DNA of 61,564 nt, counting the filler. It is 6 parts of 6 records of this genome, joined end to end, with 100 filler letters (N's around TTAATTAATTAA, not from the genome) between each part and the next. Parts side by side here need not be neighbours in the genome. Positions count along the whole stretch, not along the records: positions 42,883 to 50,043 come from SRR22947725_4012; positions 50,144 to 55,935 come from SRR22947725_4013; 4 more parts are not named here. One strand, 5' to 3'. The notes under the pieces were generated by a model. The model did no database searches. It was not told the DNA's origin and worked only from the letters and a program-made list of their open reading frames with translations. Numbering within the stretch: position 1 is the first letter of the stretch; each line of letters opens with the position of its first letter. Below, one piece after another: positions 44,495-53,714 of the stretch. The position numbers and the translations under genes were made by a program.

Positions 44495-46564
44495 ATGAAA
44501 AAAATTATACTGAGTTTAGTCATTGCGCTTACAACCGTCAGCCTTTACGCACAAATAGATAGAAGTACTATGCCCGAGGCTGGACCAGCCCCAACGATCA
44601 ATTTAGAGGAACCCATCCGTTTTGAACTTAAAAATGGCTTGACAGTGATGGTGGTAGAAAACCACAAATTACCTAGGGTCTCTATTCAATTAAGTATAGA
44701 CAATCCACCGAGTTTAGAAGGAGAAAAAGCAGGTGTTTCAAGTTTAGCCGCTGGATTATTGGGTAATGGAAGCACCAATATATCCAAGGATGCATTTAAC
44801 GAAGAAGTAGATTTTTTAGGCGCTAGTTTAAATTTTGGCGCGTCTTCTGCTTTTGCCAGTTCCTTGTCTAAATACTTTCCTAGAATATTAGAACTTATGG
44901 CAGACGCTGCCATTAACCCTAATTTTACTGAAGAGGAGTTTCAAAAAGAAAAGGAAAAACTACTCACTGGCTTAAAATCTCAAGAAAAAGATGTTTCTGC
45001 AATGGCTGGAAGGGTTCAAAGTGCCATTGCTTACGGAAAAGAGCATCCTTATGGAGAGTTTGCTACTGAAGAAACAGTAAATAAAGTGAGTCTAGAAGAT
45101 GCTAAAAAATTCTATCAAACTTACTTTAATCCAAACAATGCTTATTTGGTGATCATTGGAGATGTAGACACAAAAGCCGTAAAAAAGTTAGTGAAGAAGC
45201 ATTTTAATTCATGGGAGAAAGGCGCTCAAGTATTGACCAATTGGAAAAATCCAGTAACTGCCTCACAAGCGACAATTAACTTTATTGACATGCCTAATGC
45301 TGTTCAGTCTGAGGTAAGTGTTCAGAATGTGGTTAAACTTCAGATGAAAGATCCTGACTATCTGCCCACTTTAATGGCCAACAGAATTTTAGGTGGCGGT
45401 GGTTCTGCTAGATTGTTTCAAAATTTAAGAGAAGACAAAGCCTACACATACGGATCGTACTCAAGTATTGGAAACAGTAAATATGTGCCTTCAAGATTTA
45501 GAGCATATGCCAGTGTTAGAAATGCTGTGACTGATTCAGCTGCAGTACAAATTTTAGAAGAGATTCAAAAAATCACATCTGAGCCTGTAACTCAAAAAGA
45601 GTTAGATGCCGCAAAAGCAACTTACGTAGGTAATTTTGTAATGGCCTTAGAAAGACCTAGTACAATTGCTAACTACGCACTAAATATTGAAACAGAAGGC
45701 TTATCAAAAGACTTTTACAAAACCTACTTAGAGCGCATTAACGCCATTACTATAGCAGATGTACAACAAGCAGCTGGAAAGTATTTTAGCACAGAAAACA
45801 CCCAAGTAGTCGTAACAGGAAAGGGCAAAGAAGTCCTAGAGAACTTAGAAAAAATGACTTTCCAAGGAAAAAAACTTCCTGTAAAGTATTTCAACACAAA
45901 TGCAGATCAAGTAGAAAAACCTGAATACAAAATGGAGCTTCCAGCTGGGGTGACTGCGCAAAGCGTGATTGATCAATATTTAGATGCTATTGGAGGAAGG
46001 GCCGTTTTAGAAAAGGTAAAAACAGTCGCTATTTTTGCTTCAGGTGAAGTTCAAGGTATGGCATTAAACTTTCAATTAGTCAGAACCTCTGACAACCAAT
46101 TCATGCAAAACATTGAAATGATGGGTAGGTCAATGAGCAAACAAGTATTTAATGGAGAGAATGGTTATGCCATGATGCAAGGACAAAAAATGGACTTTAA
46201 TCCACAGCAAGCGGCCATGATTAAAGATGAAGCACAACCTTTTTACGAGCTTCACTTAGATCCAGAAGTAATTTCACTAGAAGGGATTGAAAAAATAGAT
46301 GGTGAAAATGCTTACAAAGTAAAAGTGTCTGGCAACAGAGTGGCTTTTTACAATGTAGCCAGCGGTCAAAAAGTTCAGGAGGTTACCACCACAGAAATGA
46401 TGGGACAAACCATTGAAAGTACCATGAAATTTGGTAACTACAAAGAAGCCTCAGGAATTATGTTTCCATTTTATCTCGGACAAATGATGGGGCCACAATT
46501 AATAGAGTTTAACATAGATAAAGTTGAAGTGAATAGTGGTGTAACCGCTGAAGATTTTAACTAA
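44495..46564 (+). CDS. M16 peptidase partner subunit (no HXXEH) with a C-terminal extension
   Basis: LKNGL, LGGGGSARLFQNLREDKAYTYG Arg/Tyr motif, extra C-terminal region starting AQSVIDQYLDAIGG. Confidence 0.88.
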   Translation: MKKIILSLVIALTTVSLYAQIDRSTMPEAGPAPTINLEEPIRFELKNGLTVMVVENHKLPRVSIQLSIDNPPSLEGEKAGVSSLAAGLLGNGSTNISKDAFNEEVDFLGASLNFGASSAFASSLSKYFPRILELMADAAINPNFTEEEFQKEKEKLLTGLKSQEKDVSAMAGRVQSAIAYGKEHPYGEFATEETVNKVSLEDAKKFYQTYFNPNNAYLVIIGDVDTKAVKKLVKKHFNSWEKGAQVLTNWKNPVTASQATINFIDMPNAVQSEVSVQNVVKLQMKDPDYLPTLMANRILGGGGSARLFQNLREDKAYTYGSYSSIGNSKYVPSRFRAYASVRNAVTDSAAVQILEEIQKITSEPVTQKELDAAKATYVGNFVMALERPSTIANYALNIETEGLSKDFYKTYLERINAITIADVQQAAGKYFSTENTQVVVTGKGKEVLENLEKMTFQGKKLPVKYFNTNADQVEKPEYKMELPAGVTAQSVIDQYLDAIGGRAVLEKVKTVAIFASGEVQGMALNFQLVRTSDNQFMQNIEMMGRSMSKQVFNGENGYAMMQGQKMDFNPQQAAMIKDEAQPFYELHLDPEVISLEGIEKIDGENAYKVKVSGNRVAFYNVASGQKVQEVTTTEMMGQTIESTMKFGNYKEASGIMFPFYLGQMMGPQLIEFNIDKVEVNSGVTAEDFN

Positions 46565-46597
46565 AAGGGAATACCCTTCAATATGAAATTGAATATT

Positions 46598-46628
46598 AAA
46601 ACAGCGCCCTACGGGCGCTGTTTTTTTT
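46598..46628 (+). terminator. intrinsic terminator
   Basis: AAAACAGCGCCC-TAC-GGGCGCTG-T8. Confidence 0.85.
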
Positions 46629-46661
46629 ACCTTTGTGAAACCCATATAACACCCATTTCTA

Positions 46662-47108
46662 ATGATAAAAAAAATAGTCCTTTTTGCCCTTGTTTTAATT
46701 GGATTGCAGGCTTGTAAATCTGACGCTAAAAAAGAAGCGCCTTCACTTATGAAAGAAGTTATGGATGTACATGACGCAGTAATGCCTAAAATGGGTACCA
46801 TTGGTAAATTAGTTAAGTTACTCAATCAGCAAAAAGACAGTCTTTTGGAAGCGGCACCTACAGCAGAAATTGATTTAAAAATAGTCGCGCTTTCCACGGG
46901 TGTAGACAGCCTGCAGAAAGCCCATAAAAAAATGATGACATGGATGAAAGATTTTGGGGGTAATTTCACGGCAGACGAAATCTTAAAAGGCAAAGCTTTA
47001 AACGCTGAAAAGAAATCCATACTTGAGCAAGAGGCTATAAAAGTAAAGGAAATGGAAGCCGCTATCATTGGCAGCATCCAATATGCTGAGCAACTTTCAA
47101 ACCAATAA
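46662..47108 (+). CDS. Bacteroidota helical lipoprotein
   Basis: Lipobox LQA-C; HDAVMPKMG..MMTWM motif; TACCTTTG -7 element at 46628-46635. Confidence 0.8.
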   Translation: MIKKIVLFALVLIGLQACKSDAKKEAPSLMKEVMDVHDAVMPKMGTIGKLVKLLNQQKDSLLEAAPTAEIDLKIVALSTGVDSLQKAHKKMMTWMKDFGGNFTADEILKGKALNAEKKSILEQEAIKVKEMEAAIIGSIQYAEQLSNQ

Positions 47109-47142
47109 ATTAAACTAGTGGTGGTTCAAATTCAGACGCGCC

Positions 47143-47220
47143 TTTGACCTTGTTGCCTTAATGAAGACCACACATCTTCTATTTTGACCTTGTTGCTTTA
47201 TGAAGACTACACGTCTTCTA
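47143..47220. repeat. two tandem copies of a 38-39 bp unit, each with an internal hairpin
   Basis: TTTGACCTTGTTGCCTTAATGAAGACCACACATCTTCTA / TTTGACCTTGTTGCTTTATGAAGACTACACGTCTTCTA. Confidence 0.85.
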
Positions 47221-47781
47221 TGGAGTCTTCCACGACACCTGAGAAATCATTTCCCTTAAATCCTCTATGATATATTGGGCTGCTGGATAGATAGAGTCGT
47301 AATTTGGCTTAATATTAAAATACAAAGCCCCATTTAAAAAATGCTTCTCCTTGTCTGTAACATAAAACTGAGCTGAAGAGGCCGCATTGCCTTTAATTTC
47401 ATAAAGTACACCAGCCTTTGTGCCACCATCTTCTTCATAAGGATAAGCCACAATAGCGGTGGCTTTTGTTTGGTGCTCGGAGAGTTTCTTTTCAATTCCG
47501 TGAACCATTTCTTCCAAAGAAAGGGTCACTGGCACGTAATTAATATACAGACTCGCATTTAATTCAGGATAAAACAACTCAATGCTTTTTGAGGTTTCAT
47601 TTAAAATCTGCGCCCTTTTTGCAAGAGGTAAAGTATAATAATCGTTTTCAAACAAGCGGTAGTTTGCTTTTTTATAGGAAAGGGCCAAAAAGGCCTTGGG
47701 TTTTGGGTATATAGGCGTGGAATTACAAGACGTAATAACGAACGCTACAAACAAACCCAAACTTCTAAAAAAAAACCTCAC
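47218..47781 (-). CDS. gldD: gliding motility lipoprotein GldD
   Basis: Lipobox ITS-C; PKPKAFLALSY, GNAASSAQFYVTD..HFLNGALYF..PNYDSIYPA. Confidence 0.9.
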   Translation of the reverse strand: MRFFFRSLGLFVAFVITSCNSTPIYPKPKAFLALSYKKANYRLFENDYYTLPLAKRAQILNETSKSIELFYPELNASLYINYVPVTLSLEEMVHGIEKKLSEHQTKATAIVAYPYEEDGGTKAGVLYEIKGNAASSAQFYVTDKEKHFLNGALYFNIKPNYDSIYPAAQYIIEDLREMISQVSWKTP

Positions 47782-47794
47782 AATAATTAATCTT

Positions 47795-49093
47795 TTAGAC
47801 CCCCTTTTGGGGCAGTGTCACTTTAATTTGACGCAGTCTTTTTTTATCCAGATGCTCTACATTAAAAACATAGTCATTAAATACAATTTTAGCGCCTCTT
47901 TTTGGAAACCCTTGGGCAATCTCTAAAACAAACCCAGCAATGGTTTCTGACTCTCCTTTATGGCCTTCAAAAAGAGCGTCGTCCTCAATTTTTGTGACCC
48001 TATAAAAATCTTTTAAAGTAGTCTTGCCCTCAAAAACAAAATTGTAAGCATCTAATTTGGAGTATATTAGATCTTCGTCATCAAACTCATCACTAATATC
48101 ACCTACTATTTCTTCAATAATATCTTCCAAAGTAACAATCCCTGAAGTCCCACCAAACTCGTCTACCACAACAGCCAGGTGCATTTTCTTCTCTTGAAAT
48201 TCCAGTAATAAATTATCTAGTTTTTTGTTTTCAGGAACAAAGTAAGTAGGCCTAACTAGGCTGTTCCAATTAAAGGTTTTACGGTCTATATAGGGCAACA
48301 AGTCTTTTACGTATAACACCCCAATAATTTGATCCATATGATCTTTAAATACGGGGATTCTTGAGTATCCCTGACTGGTAATAGATTCTAATACCTCCAA
48401 AAATTTTAGGTGGTCTGACAAGGCAAAAATATCTATCCTTGGTCGCATGACTTGCTTTGTATCCGTGTTTCCGAAAGATACTATACCTTCTAGAATTTTT
48501 TGCTCCTCCTTGGTCGTGTCTCCTTCTGAGGTTAATTCCAACGCCTGTGATAGGTGGTCTATGCTTAGGGTAGATTTTTGCTTGCCCAACTTTTCGTGTA
48601 AACTAATACTAATCCACCTCATTGGCATGCTCAGAGGAGTAAAGAGTACATCTAAGACTTTTAAAGGTACCGCCATTAATTGCGCAAAAGAACGCTTATT
48701 CCTATTGGCATATACCTTTGGAAGTATCTCCCCAAAGAGTAGGATCAAAAAAGTCACAAACACCACTTCAGTTAAAAATTTCAAAGAAATAAAACCAAAC
48801 AAACGGTAAGTAATAGAAGAAAAAAATACCGATCCAAGGTTACTAAAGAGCAAAACAATACCAATATTAATGGCATTATTGGCTATTAATATGGTTGCTA
48901 ATAATTTTTTAGGTTTATCTAAAAGTTTTACTACCATTGAAGCCTTAGCATTAGAAGCCTTTTCCAATTCCGACAAATCTGTAGAAGAAAGTCCAAAAAA
49001 AGCAACTTCAGCACCAGAAACTAGGGCAGAACAACAAATTAAAAAAAGTAATACGCCAATCTTAATTGAAAAAAAAAGGAAATCTGATCGCAA
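47795..49093 (-). CDS. gldE: gliding motility-associated CNNM/CBS/CorC protein GldE; 5' end anomalous
   Basis: CSALVSGAEVAFF, LLFGEILPK, CBS pair VVDEFGGTSG..EDIIEEIVG; adjacent to gldD. Confidence 0.88.
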   Translation of the reverse strand: MRSDFLFFSIKIGVLLFLICCSALVSGAEVAFFGLSSTDLSELEKASNAKASMVVKLLDKPKKLLATILIANNAINIGIVLLFSNLGSVFFSSITYRLFGFISLKFLTEVVFVTFLILLFGEILPKVYANRNKRSFAQLMAVPLKVLDVLFTPLSMPMRWISISLHEKLGKQKSTLSIDHLSQALELTSEGDTTKEEQKILEGIVSFGNTDTKQVMRPRIDIFALSDHLKFLEVLESITSQGYSRIPVFKDHMDQIIGVLYVKDLLPYIDRKTFNWNSLVRPTYFVPENKKLDNLLLEFQEKKMHLAVVVDEFGGTSGIVTLEDIIEEIVGDISDEFDDEDLIYSKLDAYNFVFEGKTTLKDFYRVTKIEDDALFEGHKGESETIAGFVLEIAQGFPKRGAKIVFNDYVFNVEHLDKKRLRQIKVTLPQKGV

Positions 49094-49175
49094 AAGCCAC
49101 TATAAAGAGCGCTAGAAAAACCAAAAAGGCTTTTGATTTTTTATTGTCTTTAGTGATTTTATAAAGGTGGGACAT
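49062..49175 (-). pseudogene. 37-codon ATG ORF (MSHLYKITKDNKKSKAFLVFLALFIVAFAIRFPFFFN*) that runs out of frame into gldE at a T9 tract
   Basis: Manual translation; one TM helix; stops just after the homopolymer at 49069-49077. Confidence 0.5.
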
Positions 49176-49189
49176 TTAAATATCTAAAT

Positions 49190-49243
49190 AGTAGCCGTTA
49201 GTTTAAGTAGTAGCCGTTAGTTTATACAGTAGCAGTTAGTTTA
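49190..49243. repeat. three tandem 19-bp-period repeats
   Basis: AGTAGC[C/A]GTTAGTTTA at 49190, 49209 and 49228. Confidence 0.85.
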
Positions 49244-49285
49244 TAGAGAGTGACTTGGATTCCTTATGGCGGGTTTGATTTGGGC

Positions 49286-49768
49286 TTAGGTGTCTGTTTC
49301 GCTAAAAGGCAATTCTTTAATTTTATCGTAAATTAAGTGAGACTCCCAGCCCCTATAAAACAGGTACTGCATGAGTTTTCTTTTCTGTATTTCCAGGGAA
49401 CTTTCTCTTAAAGAAAGTCCTTTTTTATAAGCCAATTCGTTAAATGTACTTAAATATTCTCCGGGGTGGATCTCTTTCAGTGCTTTCTTAATACAGTATT
49501 CAGAGATATTTCGCTGTTTCAATTCTGAAACTATTCTCGATTTCCCCCACTTCTTAATCCTAAATTTTCCTCTGGCAAATGCCTCTGAAAACCGGAGTTC
49601 GTTTAGAAAATTATTTGTGATTAATTCGCTAATAATTTGATCTATAGCAGCTGGTATCATACCCATCTCCCTTAGCTTGTCGTTTACTTCTTTATGACAA
49701 CGTTCTTGATAGGCACAATAACGCGCTATCTTTTTTTTCGCTTCGTCTAGAGTATAGCTGGGATTCAT
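49286..49768 (-). CDS. recX: RecX regulatory protein
   Basis: YCAYQERCHKEV, FLNELRF, KKWGKSRI, YLFYRGWE. Confidence 0.9.
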   Translation of the reverse strand: MNPSYTLDEAKKKIARYCAYQERCHKEVNDKLREMGMIPAAIDQIISELITNNFLNELRFSEAFARGKFRIKKWGKSRIVSELKQRNISEYCIKKALKEIHPGEYLSTFNELAYKKGLSLRESSLEIQKRKLMQYLFYRGWESHLIYDKIKELPFSETDT

Positions 49769-49815
49769 GCAAGAATTTTGAATTTTAAAGGTACGCAAAA
49801 CCTTAAAAAAAAGTC

Positions 49816-49849
49816 AAAAAAAAAGCGGTCCGTTAGGACCGCTTTTTTT
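49816..49849 (-). terminator. intrinsic (probably bidirectional) terminator after RNase E/G
   Basis: A9-GCGGTCC-GTTA-GGACCGC-T7. Confidence 0.85.
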
Positions 49850-50043
49850 AATATATAGTTTTTCCGTCGTTGTTTTTAAAACGGTACTCTAGATACTGAT
49901 AGGCATCTCGAGGTTGAATTTTTACCCATTTTTTGTATTCCAAAAACCATTTTTGTCTAATGGAAGGAATGCCTTGGGAAAGGTAAGCTGCAATGAAAGG
50001 GTGTACATTTAAGGTTACTTTGTGGTCCTTAGAAGGGCCTACT
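49848..50043 (-). CDS. ribonuclease E/G family, C-terminal fragment
   Basis: Manual translation: VHPFIAAYLSQGIPSIRQKWFLEYKKWVKIQPRDAYQYLEY, matching the flavobacterial Rne/Rng C-terminus as I recall it. Confidence 0.8.
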
Positions 50044-50143
50044 NNNNNNNNNNNNNNNNNNNNNNNNNNNNNNNNNNNNNNNNNNNNTTAATTAATTAAN
50101 NNNNNNNNNNNNNNNNNNNNNNNNNNNNNNNNNNNNNNNNNNN
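50044..50143. other. artificial contig linker
   Basis: N-run with TTAATTAATTAA. Confidence 0.98.
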
Positions 50144-50243
50144 TACGGTCGTAATAAATTGTTTAAAAACAGAAAGAAACTTCTGAACAGAGACAGTTTA
50201 AAGTAGTCTTATTTCAACTTGCTCGTTGGAATGGAGAAATTAT

Positions 50244-52040
50244 ATGTGTGGAATTATTGGCTATTCAGGCCAAAGAAAACCTTTACCAATACTTTTAGAT
50301 GGTTTGTCAAGGTTAGAGTATCGAGGATATGATTCAGCTGGTATTGCAATTATTGATGGAGAAAGTTTAACCATTGAGAAAAAAGAAGGTAAATTACAAG
50401 TATTAAAAGACCATCTTGTAGATAAAGAAATTAATGGAAATATAGGTATAGGCCATACAAGATGGGCTACACATGGAGTGCCAAGTGATGAAAATGCGCA
50501 CCCACATTATGACAACAATCAAGATTTTGCAATAATTCATAACGGCATAATTGAAAACTATGCCGAGATGAAAGAAGTATTGCTAAATGAAAATTATGAG
50601 TTTAAATCGGAGACCGATACTGAGGTAGTTGCTGTTGAACTAAGCAGACAATGGACAGGCAATCTCTTGGAGACAGTTTGTAATGTTGCCAAAGGACTTG
50701 AGGGAACATATGCACTAGTTGTAACCACAATAAAGGATCCAGAAACTATAGTAGCTGGAAGAATGATGAGTCCACTAGTCCTAGGAGTTGGAGAGGATGA
50801 AGTTTTTCTTGCTTCAGACTCAGCAGCAATCCTCGAACATACTAACAAAATGATATTTTTAGAGAATGGAGATTTTGTCGAAATTAAAAATGGTCAGTAT
50901 CAATTATTTGATATAGACATGAATGAAATTACCCGAGAAGTACAACTAATTGATTGGGAGGTATCTGAAGCAGAAAAATCTGGTCATGATCACTTTATGT
51001 ACAAAGAAATTTTAGAACAATCAGAAGTCATCGAAAGAACAATAACTGGAAGGTTAGAATTAGGAAGCGAGCAGATTCCGATTGACTTAGAACATGCAAA
51101 AAAGTTTGAAAAAATATGGATAGTTGCATGTGGGACAGCTTATCATGCAGGATTATTTGGAAAAGATTTATTTGAAAAAGTATTAGGCATTCCAGTTAGT
51201 GTTGAACTCGCTTCAGAGTTTAGGTACAGAGAGCCCATAGTTGGCAAAAATGATTTAGGAATCGTTATTTCTCAATCTGGTGAAACTATGGATACCATCG
51301 CAGCAACAGAACTGTTGAAAGATAATGGCTCTCATGTATTGGCCCTTGTCAATGTAGTAGGAAGTTCTCTAGCGAGAATGGCCGATAGTGTGTTATACCT
51401 CCATGTTGGACCCGAGATAGGAGTCGCATCTACAAAAGCTTATTTAGGTATGCTTGTTGGGCAGCTTCTTCTTGCTAAACATTGGGATGAATTTAACAAG
51501 CTAGAAACCTCTTTTGATGAGATAAGCGAGCTACCTTTCCTCATAAAGAAAGCTTTAGAATGTGAACCGCAAATTAAAGAAATATCAAAATCAATAAATG
51601 ATAAAAAAGATATTTATTTCATCGGTCGAGGGCTCGATTACGCTTTAGCTGCTGAAGGTGCATTGAAATTGAAAGAGATTTCATACCTACATGCTGAGGC
51701 CCTTGCTGCTGGAGAACTTAAACATGGCACTCTTGCCTTAATTGAAAAGGGTACACCAGTGGTAGTTACAGCCAGCCAACACCATTTACTAGACAAAACA
51801 ACAAGTAATGTACAGGAGGTTAAAGCTAGAGGAGCATATGTGATTGCTATAGGAGATAATTCTTCAAAGAAGCTTCAAGACATTTCTGATAATTATGTCA
51901 CCCTCCCTGAGGCAAGTGAAATGTTATCAACAATCATTTCAATAATCCCTCTACAGTTTATTGCATATCATGTAGCAAACTTAAATGGTGAGTCTATTGA
52001 CCAACCCCGTAACCTTGCCAAATCTGTGACAGTGGAGTAA
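50244..52040 (+). CDS. glmS: glutamine--fructose-6-phosphate aminotransferase
   Basis: MCGIIG start, GHTRWATHG, SQSGET, PRNLAKSVTVE. Confidence 0.97.
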   Translation: MCGIIGYSGQRKPLPILLDGLSRLEYRGYDSAGIAIIDGESLTIEKKEGKLQVLKDHLVDKEINGNIGIGHTRWATHGVPSDENAHPHYDNNQDFAIIHNGIIENYAEMKEVLLNENYEFKSETDTEVVAVELSRQWTGNLLETVCNVAKGLEGTYALVVTTIKDPETIVAGRMMSPLVLGVGEDEVFLASDSAAILEHTNKMIFLENGDFVEIKNGQYQLFDIDMNEITREVQLIDWEVSEAEKSGHDHFMYKEILEQSEVIERTITGRLELGSEQIPIDLEHAKKFEKIWIVACGTAYHAGLFGKDLFEKVLGIPVSVELASEFRYREPIVGKNDLGIVISQSGETMDTIAATELLKDNGSHVLALVNVVGSSLARMADSVLYLHVGPEIGVASTKAYLGMLVGQLLLAKHWDEFNKLETSFDEISELPFLIKKALECEPQIKEISKSINDKKDIYFIGRGLDYALAAEGALKLKEISYLHAEALAAGELKHGTLALIEKGTPVVVTASQHHLLDKTTSNVQEVKARGAYVIAIGDNSSKKLQDISDNYVTLPEASEMLSTIISIIPLQFIAYHVANLNGESIDQPRNLAKSVTVE

Positions 52041-52042
52041 TT

Positions 52043-52222
52043 ATAGATAATAAATTTAAGAACTCTAGAAATGCAGGAAATTGGATTGGTGTTGGTGCTG
52101 GTATTGGTGCAACAGTTTTTGTGGCCACAAATGAACCAACATGGATAGCAGTAGGTGTTGCGATAGGCGCAGCGCTTAGTCAGCGAAAAACAGAATCTCA
52201 AAAATCAGAAACAGCGGAATAA
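52043..52222 (+). CDS. small Gly-rich two-helix membrane protein with an apparent ATA start (absent from the ORF track)
   Basis: IDNKFKNSRNAGNWIGVGAGIGATVFVATNEPTWIAVGVAIGAALSQRKTESQKSETAE*; GGAG a few nt upstream; fills the glmS-alr gap. Confidence 0.6.
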   Translation: MDNKFKNSRNAGNWIGVGAGIGATVFVATNEPTWIAVGVAIGAALSQRKTESQKSETAE

Positions 52223-52229
52223 AAGCAAA

Positions 52230-53318
52230 ATGGACAGAGGATATATTTACGTCAATAAGAATAACCTTCAACACAATATTGAATACCTGAATAATTTTAC
52301 ATCAAAGGAACTTTGCATTGTAGTTAAAGCGAATGCTTACGGGCACGGAATAGATTGGACTGTAAGAACTGCTATTGAATCAGGTATAAACTGGTTTGCC
52401 GTCGCTGCTCTAGATGAAGCAATTCTTGTTAGGAACCTTTCAGATGATATTCGTATTCTTTTGCTCTCTGAGCCCTCAATAACAGAGTTGGAAAAGATAG
52501 CAACCTACAATGTAGATGTAACTGTTTATAGTGAAAAGTTTATTGATGCAATGATAATTTCTAAAGATTCATATAAAATTCACCTAAAAATTGACACCGG
52601 GATGCACAGAGTAGGATGTAGTCCTGAAAATTTTGATAATTTATACGATAAGATTACTTCTTCCAAAAATTTGAGCTTAGAAGGTATATGTACCCATTTT
52701 CCTGTTGCAGATACCGATAAAAAACAAACTACTGCATCTATACAAATGTTTAAGAATACAATCTCAAAAATTAATGTTGACCAACTTAGAATCCACGCGG
52801 ACAATTCTGCATCGAATACTTATAATAATGATCAAGTTTTTAATATGGCAAGGGTTGGGCTTGCCACATATGGTTATACTATTTCACCAGTAAAGGCTTT
52901 GGATGGGCTTAAGAGGGTAATGGAGATAAAGACAAGAATATCAAATATTCAAAATAGAAAAAAAGGAGAGGCCGTTTCTTATGGCAAAGCTCATATCTTA
53001 GAACAAGACTCTTTAATTGCTACAGCCCCAATAGGATATGGCGATGGATATCCCTGGAACTCCTTTCCTGATGGAAAAGTCATAGTAAAGAATAATTTCT
53101 GTAAGTTAATTGGAAGGGTAACTATGGATCAGATTTTATTTGATGTTACAGGATTGGATGTCAATATTGATGATGAGGTTATTATTTTAGGGTCCTCATC
53201 TGATAATTCGTTAAGTATAACTATAAGAGACATTGCAGCATGGAACAAAACTATTGAATGGGAAATATTAACAAATATTAAAGATAATCGTTTAAACCGG
53301 GTAGAAATTGATATCTAA
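52230..53318 (+). CDS. alr: alanine racemase
   Basis: VVKANAYGHG, HLKIDTGMHRVG, GYGDG, GRVTMDQ. Confidence 0.95.
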   Translation: MDRGYIYVNKNNLQHNIEYLNNFTSKELCIVVKANAYGHGIDWTVRTAIESGINWFAVAALDEAILVRNLSDDIRILLLSEPSITELEKIATYNVDVTVYSEKFIDAMIISKDSYKIHLKIDTGMHRVGCSPENFDNLYDKITSSKNLSLEGICTHFPVADTDKKQTTASIQMFKNTISKINVDQLRIHADNSASNTYNNDQVFNMARVGLATYGYTISPVKALDGLKRVMEIKTRISNIQNRKKGEAVSYGKAHILEQDSLIATAPIGYGDGYPWNSFPDGKVIVKNNFCKLIGRVTMDQILFDVTGLDVNIDDEVIILGSSSDNSLSITIRDIAAWNKTIEWEILTNIKDNRLNRVEIDI

Positions 53319-53712
53319 AGAATTAAAACAAGAAGATTTACAGACTTTTGCTGAGCAGTTCATCTTAGACTTAGCAATCCCTTCGGTGGTTGGGCTTAAA
53401 GGTACACTCGGAGCAGGTAAGACTACGCTAATTAAAAATCTTATTCACGCACTTGGTGTAAATGAAAAAGTTACATCTCCCACCTTTAATATTGTAAGAA
53501 CTTACAAAAACGATTTACTTAATATATATCATGTAGATCTATACAGATTAACCTCTATACATGAGTTTTTAGATTTAGATCTTCCTTTAAACGAGGAAAA
53601 CACGTTATTTTTTATTGAGTGGTCTGATATGATTCCAGAATCAAAATCTAAAGGTTGGAGATTTCTAGACATAGAGGTTATAGATGAGACAACTAGGAAA
53701 GTAAGCTATTAA
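53308..53712 (+). CDS. tsaE: t6A biosynthesis ATPase TsaE
   Basis: GTLGAGKTT, VTSPTF, HVDLYRL, IEW. Confidence 0.93.
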   Translation: MISKELKQEDLQTFAEQFILDLAIPSVVGLKGTLGAGKTTLIKNLIHALGVNEKVTSPTFNIVRTYKNDLLNIYHVDLYRLTSIHEFLDLDLPLNEENTLFFIEWSDMIPESKSKGWRFLDIEVIDETTRKVSY

Positions 53713-53714
53713 TT

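Noticed and set aside
47143-49243. CRISPR interpretation of the two tandem repeats
   Set aside because: Only 2-3 units, no spacers of 25-45 nt, and no cas genes.
50144-50243. glmS ribozyme upstream of glmS
   Set aside because: The visible leader is AT-rich and lacks the conserved core I would expect; it is also truncated.
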